Shown piece by piece: positions 30,469 to 39,619 of a DNA stretch of 64,000 nucleotides. Every line of letters begins with the position of its first letter. Position 1 is the stretch's first letter. The notes beneath the pieces were generated by a model, which worked only from the letters and a program-made list of their open reading frames with translations, was not told the DNA's origin and searched no databases. The DNA comes from Bdellovibrionales bacterium (GTDB lineage Bacteria > Bdellovibrionota > Bdellovibrionia > Bdellovibrionales > Bdellovibrionaceae), in assembly GCA_031370005.1 (NCBI GenBank), contig JANMPT010000043.1, forward strand, positions 1 to 64,000, written 5' to 3'. The position numbers and the translations under genes are program-made.

Positions 30469-32004
30469 ATGAGCCAACGTTGGGTTTTGCCGACCCTAAT
30501 AACCACATTTTGCATACTTACGCTTGGGATGCTTTATATGTCCAGAAGGCCCCTCTGTATTGATTCCAAAGTTGTTGAAAGGATTGACAGGGGTGCTGAG
30601 TCAGTCTTTAGGTGCTCGCTCAACCGTCGGGTGCCGTTTAGCGCTTATTTTGGCGAGCACTTGCTAACAATTGAGGGCCGGGTACAGCGAATTGAGAGGT
30701 TCGTAGAGGCGTTTGCTCCTTACAAGTCGAGTGTGCGCTTGGTGATACTTAAAAACAAACCGAACTACTTCTTGATAACGAGGGATATCATTTACATCGG
30801 CGAGCCTCTTTTAGAGACTCGCGGCCATTTGGAAAAAGCACTTTTGAAGATCTGGTATCGTGAAAAAGCTCAGAATCTTTTTGCTTATGAAAATCTTTTT
30901 GAAGAGGTTTATACAGACCTCATGTTGTATCTTGCGACTGGAGATGTTGAAATCGAGGACCCATTTCGCAGTGTGCGCACACGCCTTGGAGACTCAAGGT
31001 GGCCACAGGCCTTGAAGTCCACTCAGTCATATTGCCAATCTCCGTGGAAAAACTCAGAGCATTATCAATTCTGCTCACAGATGCAGTCACAGGACTCTCC
31101 ACTCAAGGATCAAGTTTTGGAGCTGAGCCTTCGTCCCTTGCTTGTTTCGAGTTGGGTAGAGGCATACCGAAATCTGGGATTTAGAGATCAGTATTACTTT
31201 GTGAGAAATTTACAGAAGTTGATTTCTGGCGATCATAATCCAGATTTGCCTCTGGTTAAGACGGGTGGTTTTGCCCCGCAAATCGCGCCTTTGTTTGAGG
31301 CATCGGAGGCGGTGAAAAATATCAGCAACTTTTTGATGAGCTCGGACTTAGCGAAGACATCAGAGTCCTATCGCGTATTTGTGGCTTTGGTCGCGAATAA
31401 CCTTAGCCGTTATGGTTATAATGGCGCATTAGACGGGGCTAACTTTGATCTGCTTTTAATTAGTGATGTTAAGATCAATTCCTCGTCGGAGCAGTTTAAG
31501 CATTACATTGCACTCTCAAAACAAAATCCGCGTACCAAGATTGCAATTAAAGATAGTGAGAACCTGTGGATGCTTCCATCAATCTATCCCATTCATTGGC
31601 CCTCCATGGAGTCTTTGCACGCAAACCGTATTATCTACAAAAAATGCGGTAACTACGACTTCAACTTCGTTTGGCAATTCGCCTTTGCAACAGAGAAACT
31701 GATGATTCTAAATGTATGCAAAGATCAGAGGTTGAATCTTATGGGGTACCTTAAAGAAGGGCCAGAGGCTTTTGGGGAGCAGAACAGGAATATTCCCTTT
31801 ATCCAGTTCCATATTCCATCCCTATTGATGCGCAAAGATCAGCTTAGTCATGTGGATAGTGTGTATGAACTCATTAGCCGCCGAAAGATCGACAACCCGC
31901 TCTCTCAGACCCTTGGTTGGCAGAAGCTAGTATGGAGCGAAAAAGCCCAAGCCTATCATCCCAAATCCAACATCGACGGTATCGAGTGGTTCAAAGTCCA
32001 ATAG
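30469..32004 (+). CDS. Hypothetical membrane-anchored/exported protein
   Basis: 511-aa ORF with an N-terminal TM, several Cys and a C-terminal IEWF motif; no recognised family. Confidence 0.7.
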   Translation: MSQRWVLPTLITTFCILTLGMLYMSRRPLCIDSKVVERIDRGAESVFRCSLNRRVPFSAYFGEHLLTIEGRVQRIERFVEAFAPYKSSVRLVILKNKPNYFLITRDIIYIGEPLLETRGHLEKALLKIWYREKAQNLFAYENLFEEVYTDLMLYLATGDVEIEDPFRSVRTRLGDSRWPQALKSTQSYCQSPWKNSEHYQFCSQMQSQDSPLKDQVLELSLRPLLVSSWVEAYRNLGFRDQYYFVRNLQKLISGDHNPDLPLVKTGGFAPQIAPLFEASEAVKNISNFLMSSDLAKTSESYRVFVALVANNLSRYGYNGALDGANFDLLLISDVKINSSSEQFKHYIALSKQNPRTKIAIKDSENLWMLPSIYPIHWPSMESLHANRIIYKKCGNYDFNFVWQFAFATEKLMILNVCKDQRLNLMGYLKEGPEAFGEQNRNIPFIQFHIPSLLMRKDQLSHVDSVYELISRRKIDNPLSQTLGWQKLVWSEKAQAYHPKSNIDGIEWFKVQ

Positions 32005-32034
32005 GTACGGCCTTCTTTTTAGTATTGCGGCGCA

Positions 32035-32059
32035 TCCGAAAAAGGTACGGCGTACCTTA
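32035..32059. repeat. Short palindromic extragenic repeat AAGGTAC-N3-GTACCTT (copy 1)
   Basis: Perfect 7-bp arms at 32042..32058. The sequence matches 39995..40019 (opposite strand) at 18 of 24 positions. Confidence 0.5.
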
Positions 32060-33928
32060 AATATCGTCGCGATGGTTTATGACGAGGGTTAGGAGTCTGG
32101 AGTATAGATCTGGGCGCACGATGGGCGCGCTGGTTTTGTGTTTGTGGTAGCGGCTAATTGGAGCCTCTGGAAGGCTAAGGTTGTCATGGATAAAGCTATC
32201 TACAATTTTTTGAATTTGATCGTAAGAAAGACCGCGCTTTTTTTCGAGCAAAACGGCCTCTACAATTTCAATTAAAGCATTTCCTGTAATACGTTTTTCA
32301 GAGTTCAGGCATTGAGCTCGACGCGAAATTCCCTTTAAAATATTTTCAGGACGCCCTTTGCCTGCGGCCAGGATCACAAGCTCTTTGTAAAGCGCTTGGA
32401 ATCTTTGAATAGCGATTTTTTGCTTTTGCGCAGGTTTTTTAAAAGTACCGTCTTCCGATTTTCCGAAAGTGGAAAGACTCGAAGTAAAGAAGCTATCATC
32501 AGCCATGCTGTCTTTAAGGCCGTCTTTGGATTGCAAATAAAACTGTGGCAAGGAGCCGAGGATATTGCGCATGCTAAACAAGGCAGGATGATTCACGCCG
32601 TCAGCGACCTTGATTTCTATGCCACTTACTTTCGATCTTTCGAAATAACTAAAAACGCGTTCAAATTGTGTGAAAGCTTCGACTTTTGCCTTCAAAATAT
32701 TTTCGCGTTGGATCTGATTAAAGCCCATGCGAAAAAGCAAACGATCTGAACGGTACTTCGTAAAGAGCTTATCGAATTTTAAAATCACCGGATGACTAGC
32801 GAAAAGGCGGAGTGGCTTTTTCTTATTCGTTTTCAAGTAATCGGCCATTTGTATGAAAACTTGGACGATCAAGCGAGCCTTCTTACGCTGCTCGTTTAAG
32901 TTTGTCGAGAATCTCTCGACATCATCATAACGATACTTATCGTGTCGGATTCCGAACTGTCGAACACTGCCGTAGTCAATAATACCAGCGTCAGCCAGAA
33001 CATTGTCACCGTCCCAGTCAAGCCAGGCAAAAACATAGTCAATGTCCAGCTTTGCTGTGAAGTTCGCGAAAGCATCGCAAACAAACTCGGTCATTTCTTC
33101 ATAGGCAGCAGCAGTGCCTAGTTTAGACCGTAAGAGCCATTTCTTATTAGTGACCTGACGTTGGATAAAATAGTCGGTTGCGGCTTTGAGCTCTTTATGG
33201 CGCTCTTGTTTTAAATATAAAAACAGATGTGCTGGGCGGATCAGATTCGGAGCAGCCCTTACGCCAATTCCAAAACCTCGACCGAGATCAATAACGCAGA
33301 GGATACGCTCTGTATGAATGCCTTGAAGATGCATGGTTTCGGCCAAAATTGCGGCGCCAAGGAGTTCGTCGATTTCTGCAAGCCCACAGCCGTAGCCAAA
33401 TCCAGCACCGCCAGTCTTTAAAGGGCGGTTGGCTTCAACGGCCCCCGGAGCCAAGCAAGTAACTCCTGTGCCGCGACTAGAAACATCCCAAGTTGTTCCA
33501 CGGTGTTGAACAGTTCCGTTCCAGATGCCTCGGCCGTCGCCAGAGGTTTTTCCTTGTTTATTGCTATGCTGAAGTTGTAGATAGCGGGTAGCCATAAACT
33601 TGTGAGGTAAAATGTTTTCTCGTGAAATTCTTTTTTTTGTGAGCTCATCGTACTCATTGATTATCTGAATAGAGAAGGTCTCGATGAGTTTTTTTTCTAG
33701 CGCCTCAGTCATTTGGTGATCATGTTGTGAGTCTATAAGACCCATCTCCTTAGCAAGAACAAAATTGAAGTAAGCGACCTTTCCCGTATTCAGTTGGCGT
33801 ACACGGTAAGCAACAAAGCCCTCGGGAACCTGTTCCATCCAGGGATGTTGTCCATCTAACTTGCCAAAAGTCGTATAATAACTTTCCGAGTCTTGAGTTT
33901 TTTTGATAGGAGAGGTCCTTATGCGCAT
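32057..33928 (-). CDS. Divergent SelO/YdiU-like (protein adenylyltransferase) pseudokinase
   Basis: SelO motifs in order: Y..LQ....SGDGRG, W..SSRGTG.T, LAETMHLQGIHTER.L, VR, IR and DGDN......IDYG. Confidence 0.6.
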   Translation of the reverse strand: MRIRTSPIKKTQDSESYYTTFGKLDGQHPWMEQVPEGFVAYRVRQLNTGKVAYFNFVLAKEMGLIDSQHDHQMTEALEKKLIETFSIQIINEYDELTKKRISRENILPHKFMATRYLQLQHSNKQGKTSGDGRGIWNGTVQHRGTTWDVSSRGTGVTCLAPGAVEANRPLKTGGAGFGYGCGLAEIDELLGAAILAETMHLQGIHTERILCVIDLGRGFGIGVRAAPNLIRPAHLFLYLKQERHKELKAATDYFIQRQVTNKKWLLRSKLGTAAAYEEMTEFVCDAFANFTAKLDIDYVFAWLDWDGDNVLADAGIIDYGSVRQFGIRHDKYRYDDVERFSTNLNEQRKKARLIVQVFIQMADYLKTNKKKPLRLFASHPVILKFDKLFTKYRSDRLLFRMGFNQIQRENILKAKVEAFTQFERVFSYFERSKVSGIEIKVADGVNHPALFSMRNILGSLPQFYLQSKDGLKDSMADDSFFTSSLSTFGKSEDGTFKKPAQKQKIAIQRFQALYKELVILAAGKGRPENILKGISRRAQCLNSEKRITGNALIEIVEAVLLEKKRGLSYDQIQKIVDSFIHDNLSLPEAPISRYHKHKTSAPIVRPDLYSRLLTLVINHRDDI

Positions 33929-33970
33929 CGTTATTCAAGTCCTTTGTGAATATCCTCTAACCACAATCTA

Positions 33971-33996
33971 TATCGGATAAATTCATACGTACTTAA
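33971..33996 (-). promoter_or_regulatory. Putative sigma28 promoter of the SelO-like gene
   Basis: The minus strand reads TTAAG-N15-CCGATA. Confidence 0.6.
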
Positions 33997-34079
33997 ATGA
34001 GACGCGAATATTCTAGACCAGAGTCTGAGTCTGCACATGATTGTATTTTATGCGCTAAATAAAAAAACTAAAACTTATT

Positions 34080-35279
34080 TTATGCTTCAAGCGGGTTCAT
34101 CCCATCTTTAGTCGCATTTGAAAACTGAACGCAGGCAAAGCCCCCAAGCGGAGTACGCAAATTTGTAACCTGTCCTTGGTAAAGTCGGGCAACGATGAGC
34201 TGCAGGCGTCCCTGATAGGCATAGCAGCGCAGATCGAACTTAAAGCTCTGATCCCCTTCGGGAGTCTTAAAGACCTGCTCCATAGGCGGAATAAACTCCT
34301 GAGCGATAAAATCGCGGCCAACGAGTTCGTCAAAAACTTTACGACTGACCGAGGCGCCTCTGTAAGTCTGTTTCGATCCAAAAGCCCGCTTTGGCTTAAC
34401 GAAGTAGCCTTTGCGATTCGTCCAGATTAAGTCTTTATTGTGATCCTCAAGGCTTGTGCTGATCGGCACAATGGACCGAATAACAGCCTGGTCCTCAGTA
34501 GGAACATCCCATTTTTTGAGATTCTCGTGTTGTGACCAATCAATCATGCGCTGTTTGTCTGCGAGCAGGAAATACTCGAAAGGATTTGGCGAGAAACAGC
34601 ATTGCTTGCTCAAGAAGGACTTTTTAAGTGAGGCACTTTCTGGGTTATTCAGAAAGAAGTCAGTAAAGCGATTGTAGATAAAGTCAGTCGTAGCAGTGTC
34701 GAGTTTTCGATAGTCAAGAATTTTAGAATCCCAACCCCATTGCTTGAAAAGCTCGTGGAAAACTAAAAACTCAACATAAAGACGTTGCTTTTCGGGCTCC
34801 TCATCGATGATTGCCACAGAAAGGGACTTCTTTGCTATTCTTCCCTGTAGTTTTATTTCGGTTTCGATATTTTTTCGGAGCTCCTCGAAAGAGAAATCTT
34901 TAACGGGAAGTGGTAGCTTGCGAGACTTGTACATCTGATAACCCAAAGCCAAGAATGCGGCATTGGTATTAACTTCAATCAGTTTTAGTTGATTTTCCGG
35001 GGTTACGTGAAAGTCGTAGCTCATGCAGATGGATTTATTTCCAGGATCTTTGATTCCTAGCTCATCGAATTCAATTTTGTAGGACTCTTGATATTTTTTA
35101 TTTTCTCGAAGCTTAAAAAGAGTTTCGACGCTTTGTTGTGCTTGTTTTAATACGGATGCTGGCAGTTGAATTGTAAATGGAGAAATCAGATTTTCAGACA
35201 CTAAAATATCAAGTGCTGGAGCTTGCAAGCCAGAGAAGTCTTTTTGAAGCTGCTGAATGAAACCAGCTCTAACGTGCAT
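34080..35279 (-). CDS. Circularly permuted ATP-grasp (glutathione-synthetase-like) peptide ligase
   Basis: N-terminal DFH...KLIEVNTN, then FVKP...GSK, IAQEFIP, FDLRCY and RL..GQVTN...GG. Confidence 0.7.
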   Translation of the reverse strand: MHVRAGFIQQLQKDFSGLQAPALDILVSENLISPFTIQLPASVLKQAQQSVETLFKLRENKKYQESYKIEFDELGIKDPGNKSICMSYDFHVTPENQLKLIEVNTNAAFLALGYQMYKSRKLPLPVKDFSFEELRKNIETEIKLQGRIAKKSLSVAIIDEEPEKQRLYVEFLVFHELFKQWGWDSKILDYRKLDTATTDFIYNRFTDFFLNNPESASLKKSFLSKQCCFSPNPFEYFLLADKQRMIDWSQHENLKKWDVPTEDQAVIRSIVPISTSLEDHNKDLIWTNRKGYFVKPKRAFGSKQTYRGASVSRKVFDELVGRDFIAQEFIPPMEQVFKTPEGDQSFKFDLRCYAYQGRLQLIVARLYQGQVTNLRTPLGGFACVQFSNATKDGMNPLEA

Positions 35280-35322
35280 TATTGATCAACCGAATTTTTT
35301 GCCTAGAATCAATCACAGACAT
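35269..35322 (-). CDS. Candidate 17-aa peptide / uORF MSVIDSRQKIRLINNAR overlapping the ATP-grasp start
   Basis: AAGGAG, 8 nt, then ATG. The stop TAG falls 11 nt inside the ATP-grasp ORF, which lacks an RBS of its own. Confidence 0.35.
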   Translation of the reverse strand: MSVIDSRQKIRLINNAR

Positions 35323-35438
35323 TGTGGGGTCTCCTTGCCTGCAGCAAATAATTAATGCTCAATGTTAACGCTTGTTCTTAGCGCTTGAGACTCTATTGTT
35401 GCAACAGCTTTTTTACAGCTATGAGGCCGGGGGTCAAT

Positions 35439-36206
35439 ATGAAAATCATCTCTTGGAATTTGAATGGAATACGCGCTTGCCATAAAAAGGGTCTTATTAG
35501 TTTTGTGAATCAAGAGAGGCCAGATATTTTCTGTGTCCAGGAGACCAAAGCTCACATTGACCAAGTCGAAGATGAGGCTAAGCATTTAGGGTATAAGCAT
35601 TTTTATTGGTCCTCGGCAGTTCGTAAAGGTTACTCCGGTGTGGCGACCTTCACAAATGATGAGCCATTGAGCAGCAGCATGGGCTGGGGGCAAGTTGAGT
35701 ACTCGTCGGAAGGAAGAATTGTGATCACTGATCACGGGCCTTTTGTTCTCTATAATATATATTTTCCAAACGGTGGCTCTGGCGAAGAACGACACAATTT
35801 TAAGCAAAAGTTTTTGAAAGATTTAAATCTCCAGCTCAAGGAAAAACTGAAGTCTGGGCGTGAGGTTATTGTCGTAGGCGATTATAACGTAGCTCATGGT
35901 GAAGTGGATGTTTTTGATCCGAAAAGGCTGTCCAAGGAGAGTGGATTTTTACCAGAGGAGCGTGCATGGTTCGATGCATTCCTAGACTTGGGCTTCGTGG
36001 ATACTTTTCGCAAATTTCATCCGCAGGAGACGCAACGTTATTCATGGTGGTCTTACCGCGAGCTGGCACGCGTTTCAAACCGGGGGTGGAGAATCGATTA
36101 TGTTTGCGTATCTAAAGGGCTTGAAAAGAATTTAGTGTCCGCAGACATTTTAGATACAATTGTGGGCTCGGACCACTGTCCGGTTGTAGCGGTTTTGAAA
36201 CTCTAG
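35439..36206 (+). CDS. xth: Exodeoxyribonuclease III
   Basis: ISWNLNGIRA, QETK, GYSGVA, EGR, GDYNVAH, GWRIDY and SDHCPV. Confidence 0.96.
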   Translation: MKIISWNLNGIRACHKKGLISFVNQERPDIFCVQETKAHIDQVEDEAKHLGYKHFYWSSAVRKGYSGVATFTNDEPLSSSMGWGQVEYSSEGRIVITDHGPFVLYNIYFPNGGSGEERHNFKQKFLKDLNLQLKEKLKSGREVIVVGDYNVAHGEVDVFDPKRLSKESGFLPEERAWFDAFLDLGFVDTFRKFHPQETQRYSWWSYRELARVSNRGWRIDYVCVSKGLEKNLVSADILDTIVGSDHCPVVAVLKL

Positions 36207-36219
36207 CAAAGAGGCAGAC

Positions 36220-36717
36220 ATGTTTTTCATACCCTTCCCCATTGTGCTTATCGAGGTTTTGATTTTTTCAAGCTTTGTATATTTTTATGATTTTTGGACT
36301 GTACTCGGTTACTATTTATTGCCAAGCCCGTTGGGAATAGTGTTGTTTTCGATGATGGGTAAAAGCATAGTGATGTCACTGCAAGGGGCATTTAACCAAG
36401 GGCAGATTCCTGGAGATAAAATACTTCATCGCGGGGCAATTTTAGTTGGAAGCGTCTTATTGATCATTCCAATGTTTTTAAGCCGCGTGTTGGCGTTACT
36501 TTTGATCCTGCCAATCTTTAGGCATATTTCAATTTTCATCTTTAAAACATTTATTTTCAAACGTTTGGCGAGCTCGAGATTTTCTTTTGTCCGATTCAAT
36601 GGTGGCTCCGGGGGCTCAAGGGGTGAGCGCGATGCAGAGGTGGTAGATATCACCCCAATTGAAATTACTCATAATAAAATTGAAACAGAGGCGCCAAAGA
36701 AAAAAGACGAAGTTTAA
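36220..36717 (+). CDS. FxsA family membrane protein
   Basis: PIVLIE, G.IP, LLIIP.F.S..L.LL..P and a C-terminal DAEVVD. Confidence 0.7.
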   Translation: MFFIPFPIVLIEVLIFSSFVYFYDFWTVLGYYLLPSPLGIVLFSMMGKSIVMSLQGAFNQGQIPGDKILHRGAILVGSVLLIIPMFLSRVLALLLILPIFRHISIFIFKTFIFKRLASSRFSFVRFNGGSGGSRGERDAEVVDITPIEITHNKIETEAPKKKDEV

Positions 36718-36732
36718 AGAGGTTAAAGCTAG

Positions 36733-38022
36733 TTACTTGTTAGAAGATGAAACCATGCGGTCTTGAATGATGGGCTTGAAGAACTTTTTAAACATATTTT
36801 GACCGAGCTCTGCGGATTTCACAGTCCACTTTTCTTTGTTCACAGAAACGGCTGCAATAGCGATTTTATTGGTCTCATCCATGGCATAACCCACAAACCA
36901 ATCCACGCGACCGCGAGGATTTTCCGCAGTTAAGTGGCCTGTTTTGCCACCCATTTCTATAGTTTTAAACTTTTTATTGCGTATAAGGTTTCTAAAAGAC
37001 CTGCGGGAAGTCCCAGTTGCCACGGTCTCACCCATTAATTCGCGCACTTTATTTGCAGATTCTGCCGTCATAATATGCCCGTTATCTAAGGGCTCAGCCC
37101 GATAGATGTTGTGGCCAGTTTCGTCAGTGATGTTTTGAACGAGGTAGGGAATAGCCATTTTACCATTATTGGCGACGGCCGCAGCGATCATGGCACCTTG
37201 TACAGGGCTCATGCGGTTGGTTTTATTATAGCCCGAGGCAACCTCTGTGAGGGCAAAGCCTCGCTCTGGTGGCACATAGGCAACGCCCATTTCAACCGGA
37301 AAGTCAGAAGGGATTTCTTGGTTAAACATAAAGCGAGTCGCATAATCATTGATGTCAGCGGGGTGAAGAGTTTCAAGACTCAAGCGACCAAAGGCTGTGT
37401 TGATGGATCTCGCAAAGGCCTCTTTTAGAGTGATCACGCGCGTCCACTTGTTTACTTTGTCTGACATGACATTTTTACGGTAGAGAGTGTAATTGCCGCC
37501 ATTGAAGTTGATTTTGTGTTGTGGAGAAACTCCAGCTTTATCCATCGCAGCCGTTGCTGTTACAACCTTAAAGACAGAGGCCGCAGGAAAGTTTGATTTC
37601 AAGTTCCAGTTGCTTGCAAGGGGATTATCTTTTTGGAAGCTTGTCATCGCAAGCACTCTGCCGGTGACAGCATCCATCATAAAAATAGCAGCGTAGTCGG
37701 GCTTATAGGTTCTCAAGAGTTTTTCGGCCTCTTTCTGTAGCTCTTTATCAATTCCAACATGGATTTGAGCTTTTATCGGCTTTCCGTTCCACTGCATGTC
37801 TACTTTTTCAGGAAATTTATTGTTTCGAACAATTTCACTGATAGCTTTAGAGATACTGATACGATGTTCGAGTTCGTTTCTAAGTTTTTCTTCGCGCACA
37901 ACCTCTTCAGTTGGAGCCGGCTTGAAAAAGAGCAGTGCTGATACAGATAGAGCAAGTGCAATGGAAACTAATAGCAATTTTAGCAACTTAGGCCGTATGT
38001 CTGGTTGATTTTTTACGCTCAT
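36733..38022 (-). CDS. Penicillin-binding transpeptidase (monofunctional, class B-like)
   Basis: N-terminal TM; catalytic SVFK, SIN and KTG motifs; WFVG. Confidence 0.9.
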   Translation of the reverse strand: MSVKNQPDIRPKLLKLLLVSIALALSVSALLFFKPAPTEEVVREEKLRNELEHRISISKAISEIVRNNKFPEKVDMQWNGKPIKAQIHVGIDKELQKEAEKLLRTYKPDYAAIFMMDAVTGRVLAMTSFQKDNPLASNWNLKSNFPAASVFKVVTATAAMDKAGVSPQHKINFNGGNYTLYRKNVMSDKVNKWTRVITLKEAFARSINTAFGRLSLETLHPADINDYATRFMFNQEIPSDFPVEMGVAYVPPERGFALTEVASGYNKTNRMSPVQGAMIAAAVANNGKMAIPYLVQNITDETGHNIYRAEPLDNGHIMTAESANKVRELMGETVATGTSRRSFRNLIRNKKFKTIEMGGKTGHLTAENPRGRVDWFVGYAMDETNKIAIAAVSVNKEKWTVKSAELGQNMFKKFFKPIIQDRMVSSSNK

Positions 38023-38164
38023 CTGATTAGTCTAACACTAAGATTCTCGTGCAAACAAGGCCTGGAGTCATTTCTGTTAAGTAATGAGATAGGACTATGG
38101 TCTGGTAGGTGCGGGTTTGAAAGCTAGTGACACGTCTTTAAAAAAATAATATTCAGAAGGACCA

Positions 38165-38773
38165 ATGAAAACTAAAGAGCGAATTCTTCTGACCTCCGTG
38201 GATCTATTTAACAGTAGCGGTGTCGTGGCAATCACCACCAATCACATTGCCAAGGCGATGGAAATTAGCCCCGGTAACTTGTACTTTCACTACGACAATA
38301 AAGAAGAAATTATTGTCGAGCTCTTTAAGAGAATGTGCAAAGAGACCTATCGATTGTGGCGGTTTCGCAAGGGCAACAGTCAAAACCCATTAGTGTTCAT
38401 TGATGAGAATTTCGAGCTCTATTGGAAATATCGTTTTTTCCATCGCGAGATATACTCGCTTCGCCGCAAAGACCCAGACCTTGCAAAAATGTGGCGTCTG
38501 CACCTTCAGAAAATGATGAAGCTTTTGGATGTTATTTATCGCCGGTGGGTGCGCGAAGCTAAAATGGCAGAGATTAAGGCGGCAAGCGAGATGGAGTATA
38601 TCTCTGAGTCTTTGTTGGCGATGTCGACTACTTTTTTACAGTTTTTCGAAAGTGCTGAGAAAACCCCGGGCAAGCGTAGTATTGAGCGTGGAAAGCGCCA
38701 TGTGGCTCGTTTGCTACTGCCATATACCGCTGGCGAATCTAAAGACGAGTTTGAAAAATTTCTCAAAATTTAG
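38165..38773 (+). CDS. TetR/AcrR family transcriptional regulator
   Basis: TKERIL...LF..G...TTNHIA..ISPGNLYFHYDNKEE. Confidence 0.93.
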   Translation: MKTKERILLTSVDLFNSSGVVAITTNHIAKAMEISPGNLYFHYDNKEEIIVELFKRMCKETYRLWRFRKGNSQNPLVFIDENFELYWKYRFFHREIYSLRRKDPDLAKMWRLHLQKMMKLLDVIYRRWVREAKMAEIKAASEMEYISESLLAMSTTFLQFFESAEKTPGKRSIERGKRHVARLLLPYTAGESKDEFEKFLKI

Positions 38774-38836
38774 GGAAAGCGCCTTCCTGCGCCCTTAGTA
38801 CAATCGAGTTGGGCTTGTTTTTACCCCCATCAGAAG

Positions 38837-38852
38837 TGGCAAACGACTTGCT
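38837..38852 (+). promoter_or_regulatory. Putative sigma54 promoter
   Basis: TGGCAAACGACTTGCT fits GG-N10-GC upstream of 38897. Confidence 0.6.
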
Positions 38853-38896
38853 TTAGTTGTACTGCGTGTGGCGGGGGCGACAAGGGAGTTTCCATA

Positions 38897-39271
38897 ATGA
38901 CTAAGCTTTTGAGACAGCTCATTTTCACTATTTTTCTAGCGATTATAACATCTTCAGCAATGGCCTCGGGTAATTGTGCGAGTGTGGCGAACGACTTAAG
39001 AGCTATGCAGAGAGCCAATCAAAATATTTCATCAAGTCTGATCGGCAATCACGAGAGTTTTGCCACGATCTTAGAGGGGTATTCGGATACCTTGAGTACC
39101 AGTGCGAGTCTGGGCCGGCCGGTAACTAAAGAAGCCGTGTTGAATATGAATGAAGGCGCTAGGGCCTTTCGGGTTCGTGGTCAGAATGCTATGAAACTTA
39201 ATTTTAAATTGAATCAGGCTTCAGATCAGGTAATTGCAAAGGCCATTGAGTGTTTAAAGTTGCGGAAGTGA
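38897..39271 (+). CDS. Hypothetical exported helical protein
   Basis: GGGAG RBS; signal peptide ending AMA; Cys near each end of the mature chain. Confidence 0.7.
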   Translation: MTKLLRQLIFTIFLAIITSSAMASGNCASVANDLRAMQRANQNISSSLIGNHESFATILEGYSDTLSTSASLGRPVTKEAVLNMNEGARAFRVRGQNAMKLNFKLNQASDQVIAKAIECLKLRK

Positions 39272-39619
39272 CTTCGACTAGATCAATCCAAGAGCGCCTC
39301 TTTTTGGTTAATTTTTCGTTATAATTTCTCAAAATGGAGCAAAATTAAGCTTTTTGTCCAGATTTGTAATGCGCCGCATGTTTATGGTGAAATTGCCTTA
39401 AAATTCAAATAAAATTTAATAAATCCAAGTCGAATTTAAGAGTGAAAAAGCGTTTAGAGAGGCCCAACTTCAGGGTCAGAAACCGAAGCTCCAGAAGCGG
39501 CTATTTATTTAATTTTAAGTTAATTTAAGATTTTCTCTTGCAAAAAATTCATGGCCAGTGATTAATAGGTCAGTTCCAAATTGGCACTTCGACGTTGAGA
39601 AAATAATCGAGGGGGTAGA

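Noticed and set aside
35269..35322. Programmed frameshift at the A6 run joining the 17-aa ORF to the ATP-grasp gene
   Set aside because: Shifting into the ligase frame meets TGA three codons before its ATG.
39460..39500. FMN or c-di-GMP (GEMM) riboswitch upstream of dksA
   Set aside because: Only CTTCAGGG resembles the FMN start; the remaining conserved elements of both families are absent.
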